From contig JAEWGW010000026.1 of NCBI GenBank assembly GCA_023388055.1, positions 11,637 to 75,636 of the forward strand: a stretch of 64,000 nt of DNA. Direction: 5' to 3'. Position 1 is the first letter of the stretch; each line of letters begins with the position of its first letter. Below the pieces are notes generated by a model that made no database searches, was not told the origin of the DNA, and was given only the letters and a program-made list of their open reading frames with translations. The stretch comes from Bacillota bacterium (GTDB lineage Bacteria > Bacillota > Bacilli > Paenibacillales > NBRC-103111). The translations under genes and the position numbers were made by a program. This document shows, in pieces, positions 28,791 through 39,003 of the stretch.

Positions 28791-31700
28791 ATGGAAACGG
28801 TGATGGATTTAAGGAGCTGGGAGCAGCGGCCGGTCGGCGTGAAGCTGGAAGAGGCGGAGGCGGACCCCAAGCGGGAGGTCCTGCTGATTCCCGGAGAGCT
28901 GCTTAATTTGCAATATCCGGGTGTGCACCAAGCTAATCACTGGTCCCGGCATGGCTTTGTCAGCCTGAATGCATGCAGCGCGGATCTCAGGGATTGGCAC
29001 AGCCTTGAGATGGAGCTGGAATTTCCGGAAGGGACGGGGGTATGGGAGGTCAAGGCTGAGGTCGGACTGCTGATGGATAAATCTCCCTTGCCGGAGGAAA
29101 TTGAATATACCCAATCCAGCTGCCGGGTAGCCGGTGTGGAAGAGGGGCGGACAACACTTGTGTTTCCACTCCGTCAATTTAACGACAGGAAGGTGTTATC
29201 CGGCAGATGGAAGTTTGTGCGTTCCGTCCGGATTACCGCGGTGGGAGACGGTGGGAGCTTGGAAGCAAAGCCAATCCGTCTTGTAAACATCCGGTTCAGC
29301 AGAAGACCTGCGCTCTATGTGCATACCCCGGTGCTGTCCCGTTCGGTTCAAGCGGGAGCGACGGCTGAATATCCTGTGTTAATCTGCAATTGCACGGGTG
29401 AGCCTCAGGCGGTCACCCTTTCTCAGGAGCAATACGGCTGGGAAACCATGCCGGTCCGGGTGCAGCCGTCTGCTTTTGTGCTGGAGGCATGGGAAACGTG
29501 CCAGGTGATCGTGAGGGTGGAGGTGCCGGAACGGGTTGCACCGGGCGGACACGAGGTACAAAAGCTGGTGGTTGTGCCCAATGGCCGGGGCGATCTGGCA
29601 GAAAGCCTGGAGCTTATCACCCTGCGGGAGCTTCCCCGCCCGGTGATCAAACATACGGAAGAAGGCTGGCAGGCCGTTGCCCAAACGGTGAAGGAGGAGG
29701 TTTGGGCCAAGGACCTGCTCGGACTGTACGTGCTTCGTGCCGAGCAGTGGGTGCTTCCGGCTGGCCGGACCCGGGACTATTTGCTGGAAAGCCATCATGC
29801 CCATGAGGCGGAGAATGCCGTTATTGCCTGGAAGCTGACGGGCAGACGGGATCTGGGTGAAAAGGCGGTGCAGTTCCTCCGCAGGGTGGTTGATCCGGCG
29901 GAGGGATATCCCTTGACCCGGAAGGCGTGCAGCCAGGAGCTGGTCCATGAAGGGGAATTTTTCAAGCATACGGCGGTGGTTTATGATCTCTTGGCAGGTT
30001 CAGATTTGCTGGCGGTGGAGGATCATGCCCATACGGCGCAGGCCTTCCGTTTGTTCATGGAGTTAATCGATTGGGCCTTAAGTGTGGGAGGCATCTCCAA
30101 CTGGACCTTGGCCGAGATGACCGGGGCCTTATATTGCAGCCAGGCGCTTCAGGATTATGAGCGGATGCAGCGGTTTTTGTATGGAACAGGAGGATTTACC
30201 GACCACCTGTCCAAGGGTACTTTGGATGACGGCTGGTGGTATGAGTGCTCTGTGGGTTATAACCTCATGTCGGCGGGGCTGCTGTCGGAGATTGTCCAGA
30301 GCTGCCGTCCCTGGGGCATCAATCTGTCGGACACCTGGGTTCCCGCCCACTATTATGGTCAGGTTACACCGGGCGGCAAGCCGGAGAAGGATGGCTTATG
30401 CCTGGACATCTGGGGGCCGAGCCGTCTGAATTACCGCTCCATTACCCAGATTTGGGACAGTCTGCTTCCTTTTGCCGATTACCGGGGTGTGCTCTTCGGC
30501 ATCAATGATTCAGCGGAGTCCAAGCTTCCCGGCATCTCGCCGAGAGGGTATATGGACGGGCGTTATGATCTGGCCTATTATCTGTACCGCAAGCCGGAGT
30601 ATGCGGATATTCTGCTTACCTGCAGCCTGGAGGACCGTGACCTGCTGTATGCCGTACCCGGGCTTGTTCCCAGCACATCCAAGCCTTTTCTGTCTTCGGC
30701 GTATGCCGACAATTCCGGTGTGGCCGTGCTGCGTTCGCAGACGGAGGGCCGCAGGCCGGAGGAGCAAATCCAGGCAGTCGTGAAGTATGGCTCTCACGGT
30801 GGGGCCCATGGCCATTATGACCGGGCCAGTCTGCTGTCCGTCATGCGGTACGGGCGAAGCTTCTATAACCCGGAGAATATCTGGTACAGCTACCACACCT
30901 TTATGTACAAATTCTATGTCCAAACCTCCTTGACCCACAATATGGTGGTGGTGGACCGGAAGCAGCAGGACCCGGCCGAGGGCAGCCGGCTGCTGTTCCA
31001 TAGCGGGCGGCTCTTCCAGGCCTGCGCGGTGGAGAATCTGGCGCGCTGGTCCTATCCCCCTTACGGCGGCTGGATGGTAGACGGGGACAAAAGCTTTGCG
31101 GAGCGCACCTGGAATGAAGCGCGGTATATGCCCATTCCGGAGAACCCGCCGGAATATTCTACCCGTACCGGGTTTACGGAGCCGGTGCTCCAGCGGCGTC
31201 TGACCGTGGTCACCGACGACTATGTGGTTCTGTTCGATTATCTGGCAGGCGATGAGGTGCATGATTACGACTGCCTGTTTCACTGCAAGGGGCTAACCGG
31301 GATAGAAGCGGGAGGGCCAGTGGAGCGGATCAAGCATACGGAGCTGTTGGACCCTAATCCGCTTAACAGCGCCCAACTGATCACGGATTGCGATTGGTAT
31401 GAGCTGGACGGGCCGGTGAAGGCCCAATTCCGGACGGGCTTCGGTCCGGGCTTCGATAACCGTGCCAACCGGACGGAGCTGAATGCGGACGGTCCGTTGA
31501 ACATCGACTATTACACCGTCTGGCCGCCTCAGGCTGATCTTATAGTGGGCCATCCGCCGGAATATTACAAGGTGGAAAAACAGCTGGAATACGAGATCCG
31601 CAGCGGCGGCATAGTGCTGGCGTCAGGCAGCTTCGGCGCATGGATTTTGGGCCGGGATGATCTGGAGCTTTCTTTGGACGGAGCGGAAACCCTGGAGCTG

Positions 31701-32300
31701 CGGGTAAGGGTGGAAGAGGGAATTGGAGAGCACGGAGTCCGCAAAACCACGGAAAAGACCATCTTCTGGGGGGACCCGTATATCGTGACGGAATCCGGTG
31801 AGGTGCTGTATCTGGCCGATCTTCCGCTGGTAACGGAGAATACCGATCCCGGCTGGGGCCCGGGTGTGGATTATTTCGGCGGTCCGGTGAAGCTGCAGGC
31901 GCGACGGTTCGATAAGGCGGTCCCGGCCAACCCTGTGGATATGGCGGAGGCGGGCATCATAACAGTTGACCTGACTGGTCTGAAGGCCGTCCGGTTTGGG
32001 GCTTCCATTGGTGCCGATTACCCCTTGGGAGATGAAGCGGCCAGACGGAAAATGCTAAGTGTACGCTCCACTGGTAAAACTGCCAGATTCCTTACGGTAA
32101 TGGAACCGTATGAGGATAAACCGGCGGTGGTCTCCGTTTATGCCTCCTCCCCCGATGAGCTTACGGTCAGGCTTGCCGACGGCCGGGTTCAGATGCTGCG
32201 GGTGAGTGGACTGGAGGGCAGCGGAACGGATATGCAGGTTGAGACCGTGGAATATTCGGCGGATGGACGGGTTATCCGGAGTGAGCGGACACCCTGCTAA
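28791..32300 (+). CDS. Heparinase II/III / oligo-alginate-lyase-like multidomain enzyme
   Basis: ISNW, DDGWWYE...Y, INDS, HGGAHGHYD, THNMVVVD; Ig-like (NEW3-like) segment; no signal peptide. Confidence 0.8.
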   Translation: METVMDLRSWEQRPVGVKLEEAEADPKREVLLIPGELLNLQYPGVHQANHWSRHGFVSLNACSADLRDWHSLEMELEFPEGTGVWEVKAEVGLLMDKSPLPEEIEYTQSSCRVAGVEEGRTTLVFPLRQFNDRKVLSGRWKFVRSVRITAVGDGGSLEAKPIRLVNIRFSRRPALYVHTPVLSRSVQAGATAEYPVLICNCTGEPQAVTLSQEQYGWETMPVRVQPSAFVLEAWETCQVIVRVEVPERVAPGGHEVQKLVVVPNGRGDLAESLELITLRELPRPVIKHTEEGWQAVAQTVKEEVWAKDLLGLYVLRAEQWVLPAGRTRDYLLESHHAHEAENAVIAWKLTGRRDLGEKAVQFLRRVVDPAEGYPLTRKACSQELVHEGEFFKHTAVVYDLLAGSDLLAVEDHAHTAQAFRLFMELIDWALSVGGISNWTLAEMTGALYCSQALQDYERMQRFLYGTGGFTDHLSKGTLDDGWWYECSVGYNLMSAGLLSEIVQSCRPWGINLSDTWVPAHYYGQVTPGGKPEKDGLCLDIWGPSRLNYRSITQIWDSLLPFADYRGVLFGINDSAESKLPGISPRGYMDGRYDLAYYLYRKPEYADILLTCSLEDRDLLYAVPGLVPSTSKPFLSSAYADNSGVAVLRSQTEGRRPEEQIQAVVKYGSHGGAHGHYDRASLLSVMRYGRSFYNPENIWYSYHTFMYKFYVQTSLTHNMVVVDRKQQDPAEGSRLLFHSGRLFQACAVENLARWSYPPYGGWMVDGDKSFAERTWNEARYMPIPENPPEYSTRTGFTEPVLQRRLTVVTDDYVVLFDYLAGDEVHDYDCLFHCKGLTGIEAGGPVERIKHTELLDPNPLNSAQLITDCDWYELDGPVKAQFRTGFGPGFDNRANRTELNADGPLNIDYYTVWPPQADLIVGHPPEYYKVEKQLEYEIRSGGIVLASGSFGAWILGRDDLELSLDGAETLELRVRVEEGIGEHGVRKTTEKTIFWGDPYIVTESGEVLYLADLPLVTENTDPGWGPGVDYFGGPVKLQARRFDKAVPANPVDMAEAGIITVDLTGLKAVRFGASIGADYPLGDEAARRKMLSVRSTGKTARFLTVMEPYEDKPAVVSVYASSPDELTVRLADGRVQMLRVSGLEGSGTDMQVETVEYSADGRVIRSERTPC

Positions 32301-32330
32301 AAACCCATAAGGGAGAATGGAGGGACCGGG

Positions 32331-33404
32331 TTGGAGAATGAAGCTGACTGTACCGGCAGCAACATTCCGGACTGGGCCACAGATGCTTTCTTGGATCAGT
32401 TGTACGAGAGGACGGCAGCCAAAAGACAGGAGAACCGGCGGAAAGCCGGCACGCCGGAATACCGGGAGTGGCTTCGGAGCAGGCTGAAGGCTGCATTGGG
32501 CCATTTCCCCGAAAGGGACTATCCCCTCCAGGCCAGGCTGCTGGAACGGACGGAATACAAGGATTTTATTCTGGAGCGTGTAACGTATACAACCATGGAA
32601 TCCGTCCATGTCCCGGTGATGGTGATGATTCCGAGAAAGGGTCAAGGTCCATGGCCTGCGGTGCTGGCCTGCCACGGCCATGGCAACGGCCAGCGTGATG
32701 CGGCAGGTCTGGATGAGCAGGGCCGGGAGCTGGAGGAGCCTGGCATTCATAACCGGTTCGCCGTGCAACTGGTCCGCAAGGGGATGCTGGTGGTGATTCC
32801 GGAGATCATGGGTTTCGGTGAACGGCGGATGGCGGAGGAGTTGAAGGCTAATCCCCATTACAGCTCCTGTGGCACTTTGGCCTCTCAGCTGCTGATGTAT
32901 GGCCGGACACTGTCGGGGATGAGAGTGTTGGAAGCGATGAGAGCCTTGGACTACATGGCATCGAGACCGGATGTGGACGGCAGCCGGATGGGGGTGTTCG
33001 GTTTTTCCGGGGGAGGGCTGATTGCCGCCTTTACGGCGGGATTGGATGAACGGGTCCAGGCGGCTGTTTTATGCGGCTGGACCAATACCTTCCGGGGCAG
33101 CACCCTGGCGATGCATCATTGCATCGACAATTATGTGCCCGGCCTCCTTCTGGATGCGGAGCAGCCAGAGCTGGCCGGATTGTTGGCTCCGCGGGCATTG
33201 TTTCTGGAAGCCGGGGAACAGGACCCGATTTTCCCCGTGGAGTTTACCAGGCAGGCCCTTGTATGGCTGGAGGCGCATTACTCTGCGTGGAATGCCCCCG
33301 GACAATTTGACTGGGATATTCATCCGGGTAGTCATGAGATAAACGGAAGAAAAAGTGTGGATTGGCTCCACCGGAAGCTTGCGGCGGGCCGGTGCAAGGA
33401 TTAG
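32331..33404 (+). CDS. Alpha/beta hydrolase (dienelactone hydrolase / carbohydrate esterase-like)
   Basis: PAVLACHGHG, nucleophile GFSGGG, EQDPIF, GSHE; TTG start. Confidence 0.85.
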   Translation: MENEADCTGSNIPDWATDAFLDQLYERTAAKRQENRRKAGTPEYREWLRSRLKAALGHFPERDYPLQARLLERTEYKDFILERVTYTTMESVHVPVMVMIPRKGQGPWPAVLACHGHGNGQRDAAGLDEQGRELEEPGIHNRFAVQLVRKGMLVVIPEIMGFGERRMAEELKANPHYSSCGTLASQLLMYGRTLSGMRVLEAMRALDYMASRPDVDGSRMGVFGFSGGGLIAAFTAGLDERVQAAVLCGWTNTFRGSTLAMHHCIDNYVPGLLLDAEQPELAGLLAPRALFLEAGEQDPIFPVEFTRQALVWLEAHYSAWNAPGQFDWDIHPGSHEINGRKSVDWLHRKLAAGRCKD

Positions 33405-33446
33405 AAGCTGAATGAAGAAGCTGAATAAGAAAGGAAGAACAATTTC

Positions 33447-35042
33447 ATGACTACAATCAAGAATCCGGTTCTGCGAGGGTTTAATCCGGACCCGTCCATT
33501 ATCCGGGTGGGCGATGATTATTATATCGCAACCTCCACCTTCGAATGGTTTCCCGGCGTACAGCTTCACTATTCCCGGGATTTGATCCACTGGGAGCTGA
33601 TTGGACATCCCTTGAACCGGGTTTCCCAGCTGGATTTGCGCGGGGTAGGCGCATCCCAGGGGGTGTGGGCCCCGTGCCTGACCTATGACAATGGCGTCTT
33701 TTATCTGGTGTACACGGTGGTCAATTCCTTTTATTGCAAAATGTACGATACCCATAATTACCTGGTGACCGCTGCAGATATCCGGGGCGACTGGTCGGAG
33801 CCGGTATATCTGAACAGCTATGGCTTCGATCCGTCCCTGTTCCATGATGAGGATGGCCGGAAGTATATGGTCAGCATGGTGACGGACCACCGGGTGAACA
33901 AGCAGTACAGGGGGCATCTGGTGCTTCAGGAATACTCCCCGTCGGAGCAGAGGATGCTGGGGGAAGCGCGGACGATTTTTGCCAGCCATGAGGGTTTCTT
34001 CGAAGGTCCTCATATTTATAAGCGCAATGGAACTTATTATCTGTTCGCCGCCGATACGGGTACGGGAGAGGGACATGGCCAGTCCATACTGCGCTCCCGG
34101 GAGCTGTACGGACCGTATGAGGCGTATGAAGGGAATTCCATCATGACCGCCCGGAACCATCCGGAGCTGCTGCTGCAGAAGTCCGGTCATGGGGATTTGG
34201 TAGAAACCCAAACCGGCGAATGGTACATGGCGCATCTCTGCGGTCGGGCGCTGGAGAACCGCACGGACAAAGGCGACCGGAAATATACCCTGGGACGGGA
34301 AACGGCCCTCCAGAAGGTAGAGTGGACAGAGGATGGCTGGCTCAGATTGGCCAACGGCACAGGGCTGCCTGAGGCGGAGGTGGAGGGTCCGGGACTGCCG
34401 CTGCACCCCTTCCCGGTGAAACCGGCAAGGGATGATTTTGACGGGGAGCAGTTGGACATCCGCTTCCAGTCCTTGCGTATTCCGTTGGATGAAACCTTCT
34501 ACTCCCTGACGGAGCGAAACGGATATCTGCGCTTGTACGGCAGGGAAGGCTTAGGCTCCAAGTACCGTCAAAGCCTCATCGCCCGGCGCTGGGAGTCCTT
34601 TGTTTTTACGGCCAGCACCTGTGTGGAGTTCCGGCCCACCATTTACAAGCAATTGGCGGGGCTGATTTGCCTGTACGATACGGAGAACTATTACTATCTT
34701 CATCTTACTCATCATGACGATTACGGCCGTTGTTTGTGTATCCTGTCTGCTGTGAATAATACGTATACGGAGCCTGCCGGATATATCTCCCTGCCGGAGG
34801 ATGCGGAGCGGGTGCGGCTGCGTGTGTCCGTGGATCATGACAAGCTGCAGTTTGCCTATTCGGTAACGGGTGAAAACAGCTATATTCCGGTAGGGCCGGT
34901 ATTGGATGCCAGCACCTTGTCCGATGAAGCCTGCCGGGAAGGGTGGTTCACAGGAGCCTTCGTAGGCTTGTGCTGTCAGGATCTGACGGGCTTCCGCAGG
35001 CCTGCGGACTTCGATTATTTTGAATACCGGGAAGAGCGATAA
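33447..35042 (+). CDS. GH43 beta-xylosidase/arabinofuranosidase (XynB-like, two-domain)
   Basis: NPV..GFNPDPSI, WAP, FDPSLF, EGPH, GHGDLV, LGRET, FTGAFVG. Confidence 0.93.
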   Translation: MTTIKNPVLRGFNPDPSIIRVGDDYYIATSTFEWFPGVQLHYSRDLIHWELIGHPLNRVSQLDLRGVGASQGVWAPCLTYDNGVFYLVYTVVNSFYCKMYDTHNYLVTAADIRGDWSEPVYLNSYGFDPSLFHDEDGRKYMVSMVTDHRVNKQYRGHLVLQEYSPSEQRMLGEARTIFASHEGFFEGPHIYKRNGTYYLFAADTGTGEGHGQSILRSRELYGPYEAYEGNSIMTARNHPELLLQKSGHGDLVETQTGEWYMAHLCGRALENRTDKGDRKYTLGRETALQKVEWTEDGWLRLANGTGLPEAEVEGPGLPLHPFPVKPARDDFDGEQLDIRFQSLRIPLDETFYSLTERNGYLRLYGREGLGSKYRQSLIARRWESFVFTASTCVEFRPTIYKQLAGLICLYDTENYYYLHLTHHDDYGRCLCILSAVNNTYTEPAGYISLPEDAERVRLRVSVDHDKLQFAYSVTGENSYIPVGPVLDASTLSDEACREGWFTGAFVGLCCQDLTGFRRPADFDYFEYREER

Positions 35043-35183
35043 GCGTTGAAGAAAATGGAAAAACACTCTTGATGGAGCGGTACCTCCATGGTACGATAGG
35101 AATCACATCAGAAAGAAGCAACCCGCTGCAGGATATTTCCGTGGAGGGTTGTTTCTCTATATATAACAGAGAGAAGAGGAGAC

Positions 35184-35639
35184 ATGATGGCAGAGTTGAA
35201 ACGGACTTCCTCAGAGGATGTGGATTTTGAGACCTTGATCAGGCTGCTGGATCAGGATTTGGAGCGCAGGTACCCGGAGACGCGAGATTTTTTTCAGCCT
35301 CTTAATAAGATCAAGCTGGGTGCCAAGGCCGTGGTGGCCTATGAAGACGGAAAGCCGGTTGGCTGCGGTTGCTTCCGGGAGGTAGCAGAGAATCAAATCG
35401 TGGAGATTAAACGGATGTACGTTTTGGACGAAAACAGGGGCAAAGGCATTGCCGGGCAGGTACTTCGTGAGCTGGAGACCTGGGCGAAGGAAGCAGGCAA
35501 GGAACGGGCTATTCTGGAAACCGGCCATGGCCAGCCGGAGGCTATTGCGCTGTACACCAAAAACGGCTACACGGAAATGGAACGGTATGCACCTTATACC
35601 GATAGTGAAGAGAGTGTTTGTATGGGGAAGGATTTGTAG
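35184..35639 (+). CDS. GNAT acetyltransferase
   Basis: EIKRMYV...RGKGIA, LETG..QPEAI.LY...GY. Confidence 0.9.
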   Translation: MMAELKRTSSEDVDFETLIRLLDQDLERRYPETRDFFQPLNKIKLGAKAVVAYEDGKPVGCGCFREVAENQIVEIKRMYVLDENRGKGIAGQVLRELETWAKEAGKERAILETGHGQPEAIALYTKNGYTEMERYAPYTDSEESVCMGKDL

Positions 35640-35657
35640 AAACAGGAGGGGCAGACA

Positions 35658-36158
35658 ATGGAGGTTGAGCTGCGGAAGCTGTCTGTAACAGACGGACAGG
35701 ATATCTATGATATGCTGCAGGACATTCCCAAAGCGGAGAATGGGTTTATTAACGGCGGGAACGGATGCTCCCAGGTAGAGTTCCGGCAATGGCTGGTCCG
35801 TCAGGATGCTGTATCCCGTGGAGAAGGACTGGCGGACTGGATGGTGCCGAGCACCACCTATTGGCTCTACGCAGACGGGTACCCGGTGGGTTTCGCCAAG
35901 CTGCGCCACCACCTGACGGACAGGCTGAGGGAGGACGGCGGCAACATCGGGTATGCCATCCGGCCCGGACAGCGCAATAAGGGCTACGGCACTGTTCTGT
36001 TAAGCAAGGTGCTGGAGGAAGCCCGGCGTTTGAAGCTGGGGCAGGTGCTGGTGACCGTAAGACCGGGGAACCAGGGCTCCATCAACGTGGCGTTGAAGAA
36101 TAACGGGATCTTAACCAGGTCAACGGCGGATAGGCATTACATCTGGATCGATTGTTAG
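35658..36158 (+). CDS. GNAT acetyltransferase
   Basis: GGNIGYAIRP.QRNKGYG, N..S. Confidence 0.88.
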   Translation: MEVELRKLSVTDGQDIYDMLQDIPKAENGFINGGNGCSQVEFRQWLVRQDAVSRGEGLADWMVPSTTYWLYADGYPVGFAKLRHHLTDRLREDGGNIGYAIRPGQRNKGYGTVLLSKVLEEARRLKLGQVLVTVRPGNQGSINVALKNNGILTRSTADRHYIWIDC

Positions 36159-36177
36159 CTGACGGAGGGGAAGCCGA

Positions 36178-36963
36178 ATGAAGCTGGGGATGCCGGCTCT
36201 TGTGGAATATGCCAGGCTGGAGGACAATCTGGAGCTATGCCGGAGGCTTGGCCTGGAGTTTGTAGAGATAAACATGAATCTGCCGGTCTGCAATCCGGAG
36301 GTGACGGGTTATGCGGACCTGCTGCGGCTGAAGCGGGAATACGGGGTGGAGCTGACCGTTCATCTGCCGGAGGAATTGGACCTGGGATCCATCCACGGTG
36401 CCATGCGCCAGGGTCATGTGCAGCGGTGTAAGGAGGCCATTGCTTGGGCCAGCGGGGCGGAGATCGGAATCCTGAACCTGCATCTGAACCCGGGGGTTTA
36501 TTTTACCCTGCCTGACCGAAAAATCTGGATTTATGAAGCCCACCAGGAGACCTTTCTCGCTAATCTGACCGCCTCTTATGCGGAGCTTTACCCGTATGCC
36601 AGAGAAAAGGGCGTTCTGCTTTGTATCGAAAATGCCTGCAACTTCCACCTGCCGTTTATTCGGGAGGCGTTGGACAGGCTGGCGGTTTTCCCGGAATTTG
36701 CTCTGACCTGGGATGTGGGTCATGATGCCAAAACCGGCTTTGCGGAGGGGCCTGTGATTGCGGGTTATCTGGATCGGTTGAAGCATATGCATCTGCATGA
36801 TTTTGACGGGAAGCAGGACCATGCCCGTCTCTACACGGGGCAGGTTCCCATCAATGATAGGCTCGCGCTTGCAGAGAGCAAGGGAATCCGTGTGGTGGTA
36901 GAGGTTAAAACCAGCCAGGCTCTGGAGGATTCGATCCGCAGTGTACGGAATCAATTCCATTAA
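36178..36963 (+). CDS. Sugar phosphate isomerase/epimerase (xylose-isomerase-like TIM barrel)
   Basis: Metal motifs CIEN, WDVGH, HMHLHD, VVE. Confidence 0.85.
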   Translation: MKLGMPALVEYARLEDNLELCRRLGLEFVEINMNLPVCNPEVTGYADLLRLKREYGVELTVHLPEELDLGSIHGAMRQGHVQRCKEAIAWASGAEIGILNLHLNPGVYFTLPDRKIWIYEAHQETFLANLTASYAELYPYAREKGVLLCIENACNFHLPFIREALDRLAVFPEFALTWDVGHDAKTGFAEGPVIAGYLDRLKHMHLHDFDGKQDHARLYTGQVPINDRLALAESKGIRVVVEVKTSQALEDSIRSVRNQFH

Positions 36964-36978
36964 AGGGGCAATGAATCC

Positions 36979-37311
36979 ATGAAGGCGTATATGCTCCAGC
37001 AATACAGCTATCATATGTGGGCCAACGAACAGGTCATCCGGCATGTGGAATCTCTGCCAGCAGAGGTGTTTTTGAAGGAGGTGAATCTGGGCTTCAGCTC
37101 GGTAGCAGAGGCGCTGGCCCATATTCTGGCCGTTGATGAAATCTGGTTTGCCCGGTTGAAGGGGGAAAGCCCCGCGAGCCTGGCCACGAGGTCCTTTGCT
37201 TCTGTCCGGCATGCGGGAGAAACCCTACGGGAGCTTCAGCAGGAAAATCTGCGTGCCCAAGGCTTCAAGGGAGCTGTTACGGATTATGTGGCTTTCTTAA
37301 GGGCGAAATGA
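36979..37311 (+). pseudogene. DinB-family protein, internally shortened
   Basis: YHMWAN, F.SV...L.HILAVDEIW and C-terminal TDY..FLR present; NHxxxHRG metal helix absent; 110 aa. Confidence 0.55.
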
Positions 37312-37374
37312 GGACATCGGCAGTTCATTATATCGTCCAAGTGCTTTCGGACGGATTCCGTCACACATACAAGT

Positions 37375-37421
37375 AACAAAACCGGCCTTGCCAGGGTTAT
37401 TGGCAAGACCGGTTTTGTTTT
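37375..37421. terminator. Bidirectional intrinsic terminator
   Basis: AACAAAACCGG..CTTGCCA / TGGCAAG..CCGGTTTTGTT between convergent genes. Confidence 0.85.
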
Positions 37422-37430
37422 GGCTAATCA

Positions 37431-38627
37431 TTAGGATTGAGGCTGCGCCGCTTGGAGGTATTGCAGGTTCCGGTCCACCAGAGCAATCCGCTGCTGCACA
37501 CAGGCGTAGGAGCGGAGCGGATCTTCGGGCGTATGGAGCACATAATCCAGCAGTCTGTCTACCGTGGTGGAAGCCACATGGCAGCGGGTGTCGGAGGAGG
37601 CGTAATACAGGTATACATCTCCATTATCCCGGGCAATCAGGCCGTTGATGAAGACGACGTTGGAGACATCGCCGATCCGTTCCTCCCCTTCAGGAGCGAT
37701 CAGATGGCCTGCGGGAGCGTGCAGCAGCTTGGACGGTTCCGCCAGATCTGTCAGGAAGGCGTAGACTACATAACGCAGTCCTGCCGCGGTATTGCGTACT
37801 CCATGGGCGACATGCAGCCAACCCTTGGCGGTTCTGATGGGGGCAGGGCCTTGGCCGTTTTTGACTTCCTTAATGGTATGGTAGTAGCGGCGGTCGATAA
37901 TGGATTCGGAGGTGATGATGGCGGGATTCATGCTCTCCGACAGACCCCAGCCGATACCGCCTCCGGAGCCTGCTTCGATGAAGCCGTCCTGGGGCCGGGT
38001 GTAGAAAGCATATTGGCCATCGACGAATTCGGGATGCAGCACCACATTCCGCTGCTGTGCGGAGCCGGTTTTCAGGTCGGGCAGCCGCTCCCAGGTCTTC
38101 AGATCCCTGGTCCGGGCGATGCCCGCTTGGGCTACGGCGCTGGAGAGATCCCCCGGTGCGGCGTCGGGGTCCTTGCGCTCCGTACAGAAAATCCCGTAAA
38201 TCCAGCCGTCCTCATGGCGGACGAGCCGCATGTCATAGACATTGGTATCAGGCTCCTCCGTCTCCGGCATCACCACAGGATGGTCCCACAGCCGGAAGCC
38301 GTCAATGGGGGAGTCGCTCTCCGCCACAGCGAAGAAGGATTTGCGGTCAACGCCTTCCATGCGGGCAACGAGATAAAACCTGCCGTCCAGCTCGATGGCT
38401 CCCGGATTGAAGGCGGCGTTGACGCCGATCCGCTCCATGAAATAAGGGTTGGTCTTCGGGTTGAAGTCGTACCGCCAGACTAAGGGTGCATGGGCGCCGG
38501 TCAGCACGGGATTGGCGTAACGTTCGAAGATGCCATTTTCGGAGAAAAGGGGCTGGTTTTTACGTGTGATCAGGGCCTCGTGGCGATGTTGGATCATCTG
38601 CTTGCGTTGTTCGAATATGGTGCTCAT
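37431..38627 (-). CDS. GH130 4-O-beta-D-mannosyl-D-glucose phosphorylase
   Basis: [59 protein letters not shown]. Confidence 0.92.
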   Translation of the reverse strand: MSTIFEQRKQMIQHRHEALITRKNQPLFSENGIFERYANPVLTGAHAPLVWRYDFNPKTNPYFMERIGVNAAFNPGAIELDGRFYLVARMEGVDRKSFFAVAESDSPIDGFRLWDHPVVMPETEEPDTNVYDMRLVRHEDGWIYGIFCTERKDPDAAPGDLSSAVAQAGIARTRDLKTWERLPDLKTGSAQQRNVVLHPEFVDGQYAFYTRPQDGFIEAGSGGGIGWGLSESMNPAIITSESIIDRRYYHTIKEVKNGQGPAPIRTAKGWLHVAHGVRNTAAGLRYVVYAFLTDLAEPSKLLHAPAGHLIAPEGEERIGDVSNVVFINGLIARDNGDVYLYYASSDTRCHVASTTVDRLLDYVLHTPEDPLRSYACVQQRIALVDRNLQYLQAAQPQS

Positions 38628-38679
38628 GGAATCACAACCTTCATATGAATTGGGTCCGCGGGATGATACCCGGCAGGAG

Positions 38680-38864
38680 CTAACGGACAGGAGGGACGTT
38701 AATTGGGCTGAAACGCTGCTTTTGGGTGGCTAACGGACTCCATGGACCTTATGTTGCCTGCCGTGGGTTAGAACAAGGGGAAAAGCGGGCAATAACGGCA
38801 CTGGAGTCCGTTAGAATTTCAACAGTGCCATAATCAGCAAAATAGCGTCCGTGGAGTCCGTTAG
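38680..38864. repeat. Nested inverted-repeat element (2 CTAACGGAC units, then 2 inverted GTCCGTTAG units)
   Basis: CTAACGGAC at 38680 and 38730; GGAGTCCGTTAG ending at 38814 and 38864; 50-bp pitch in each pair. Confidence 0.78.
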
Positions 38865-39003
38865 AGTATGGGATCAGCTAGCACTTGTGGAGTCTGTTGA
38901 GTACGGGAGCAGCGATTGGACTGGGGTACATATGGGCGGCAAAGTTGTTGAGTACAGGAGAAGCGGGTTGTGTCAACGTAATACTGGGCCCACCGGCGCT
39001 GCT

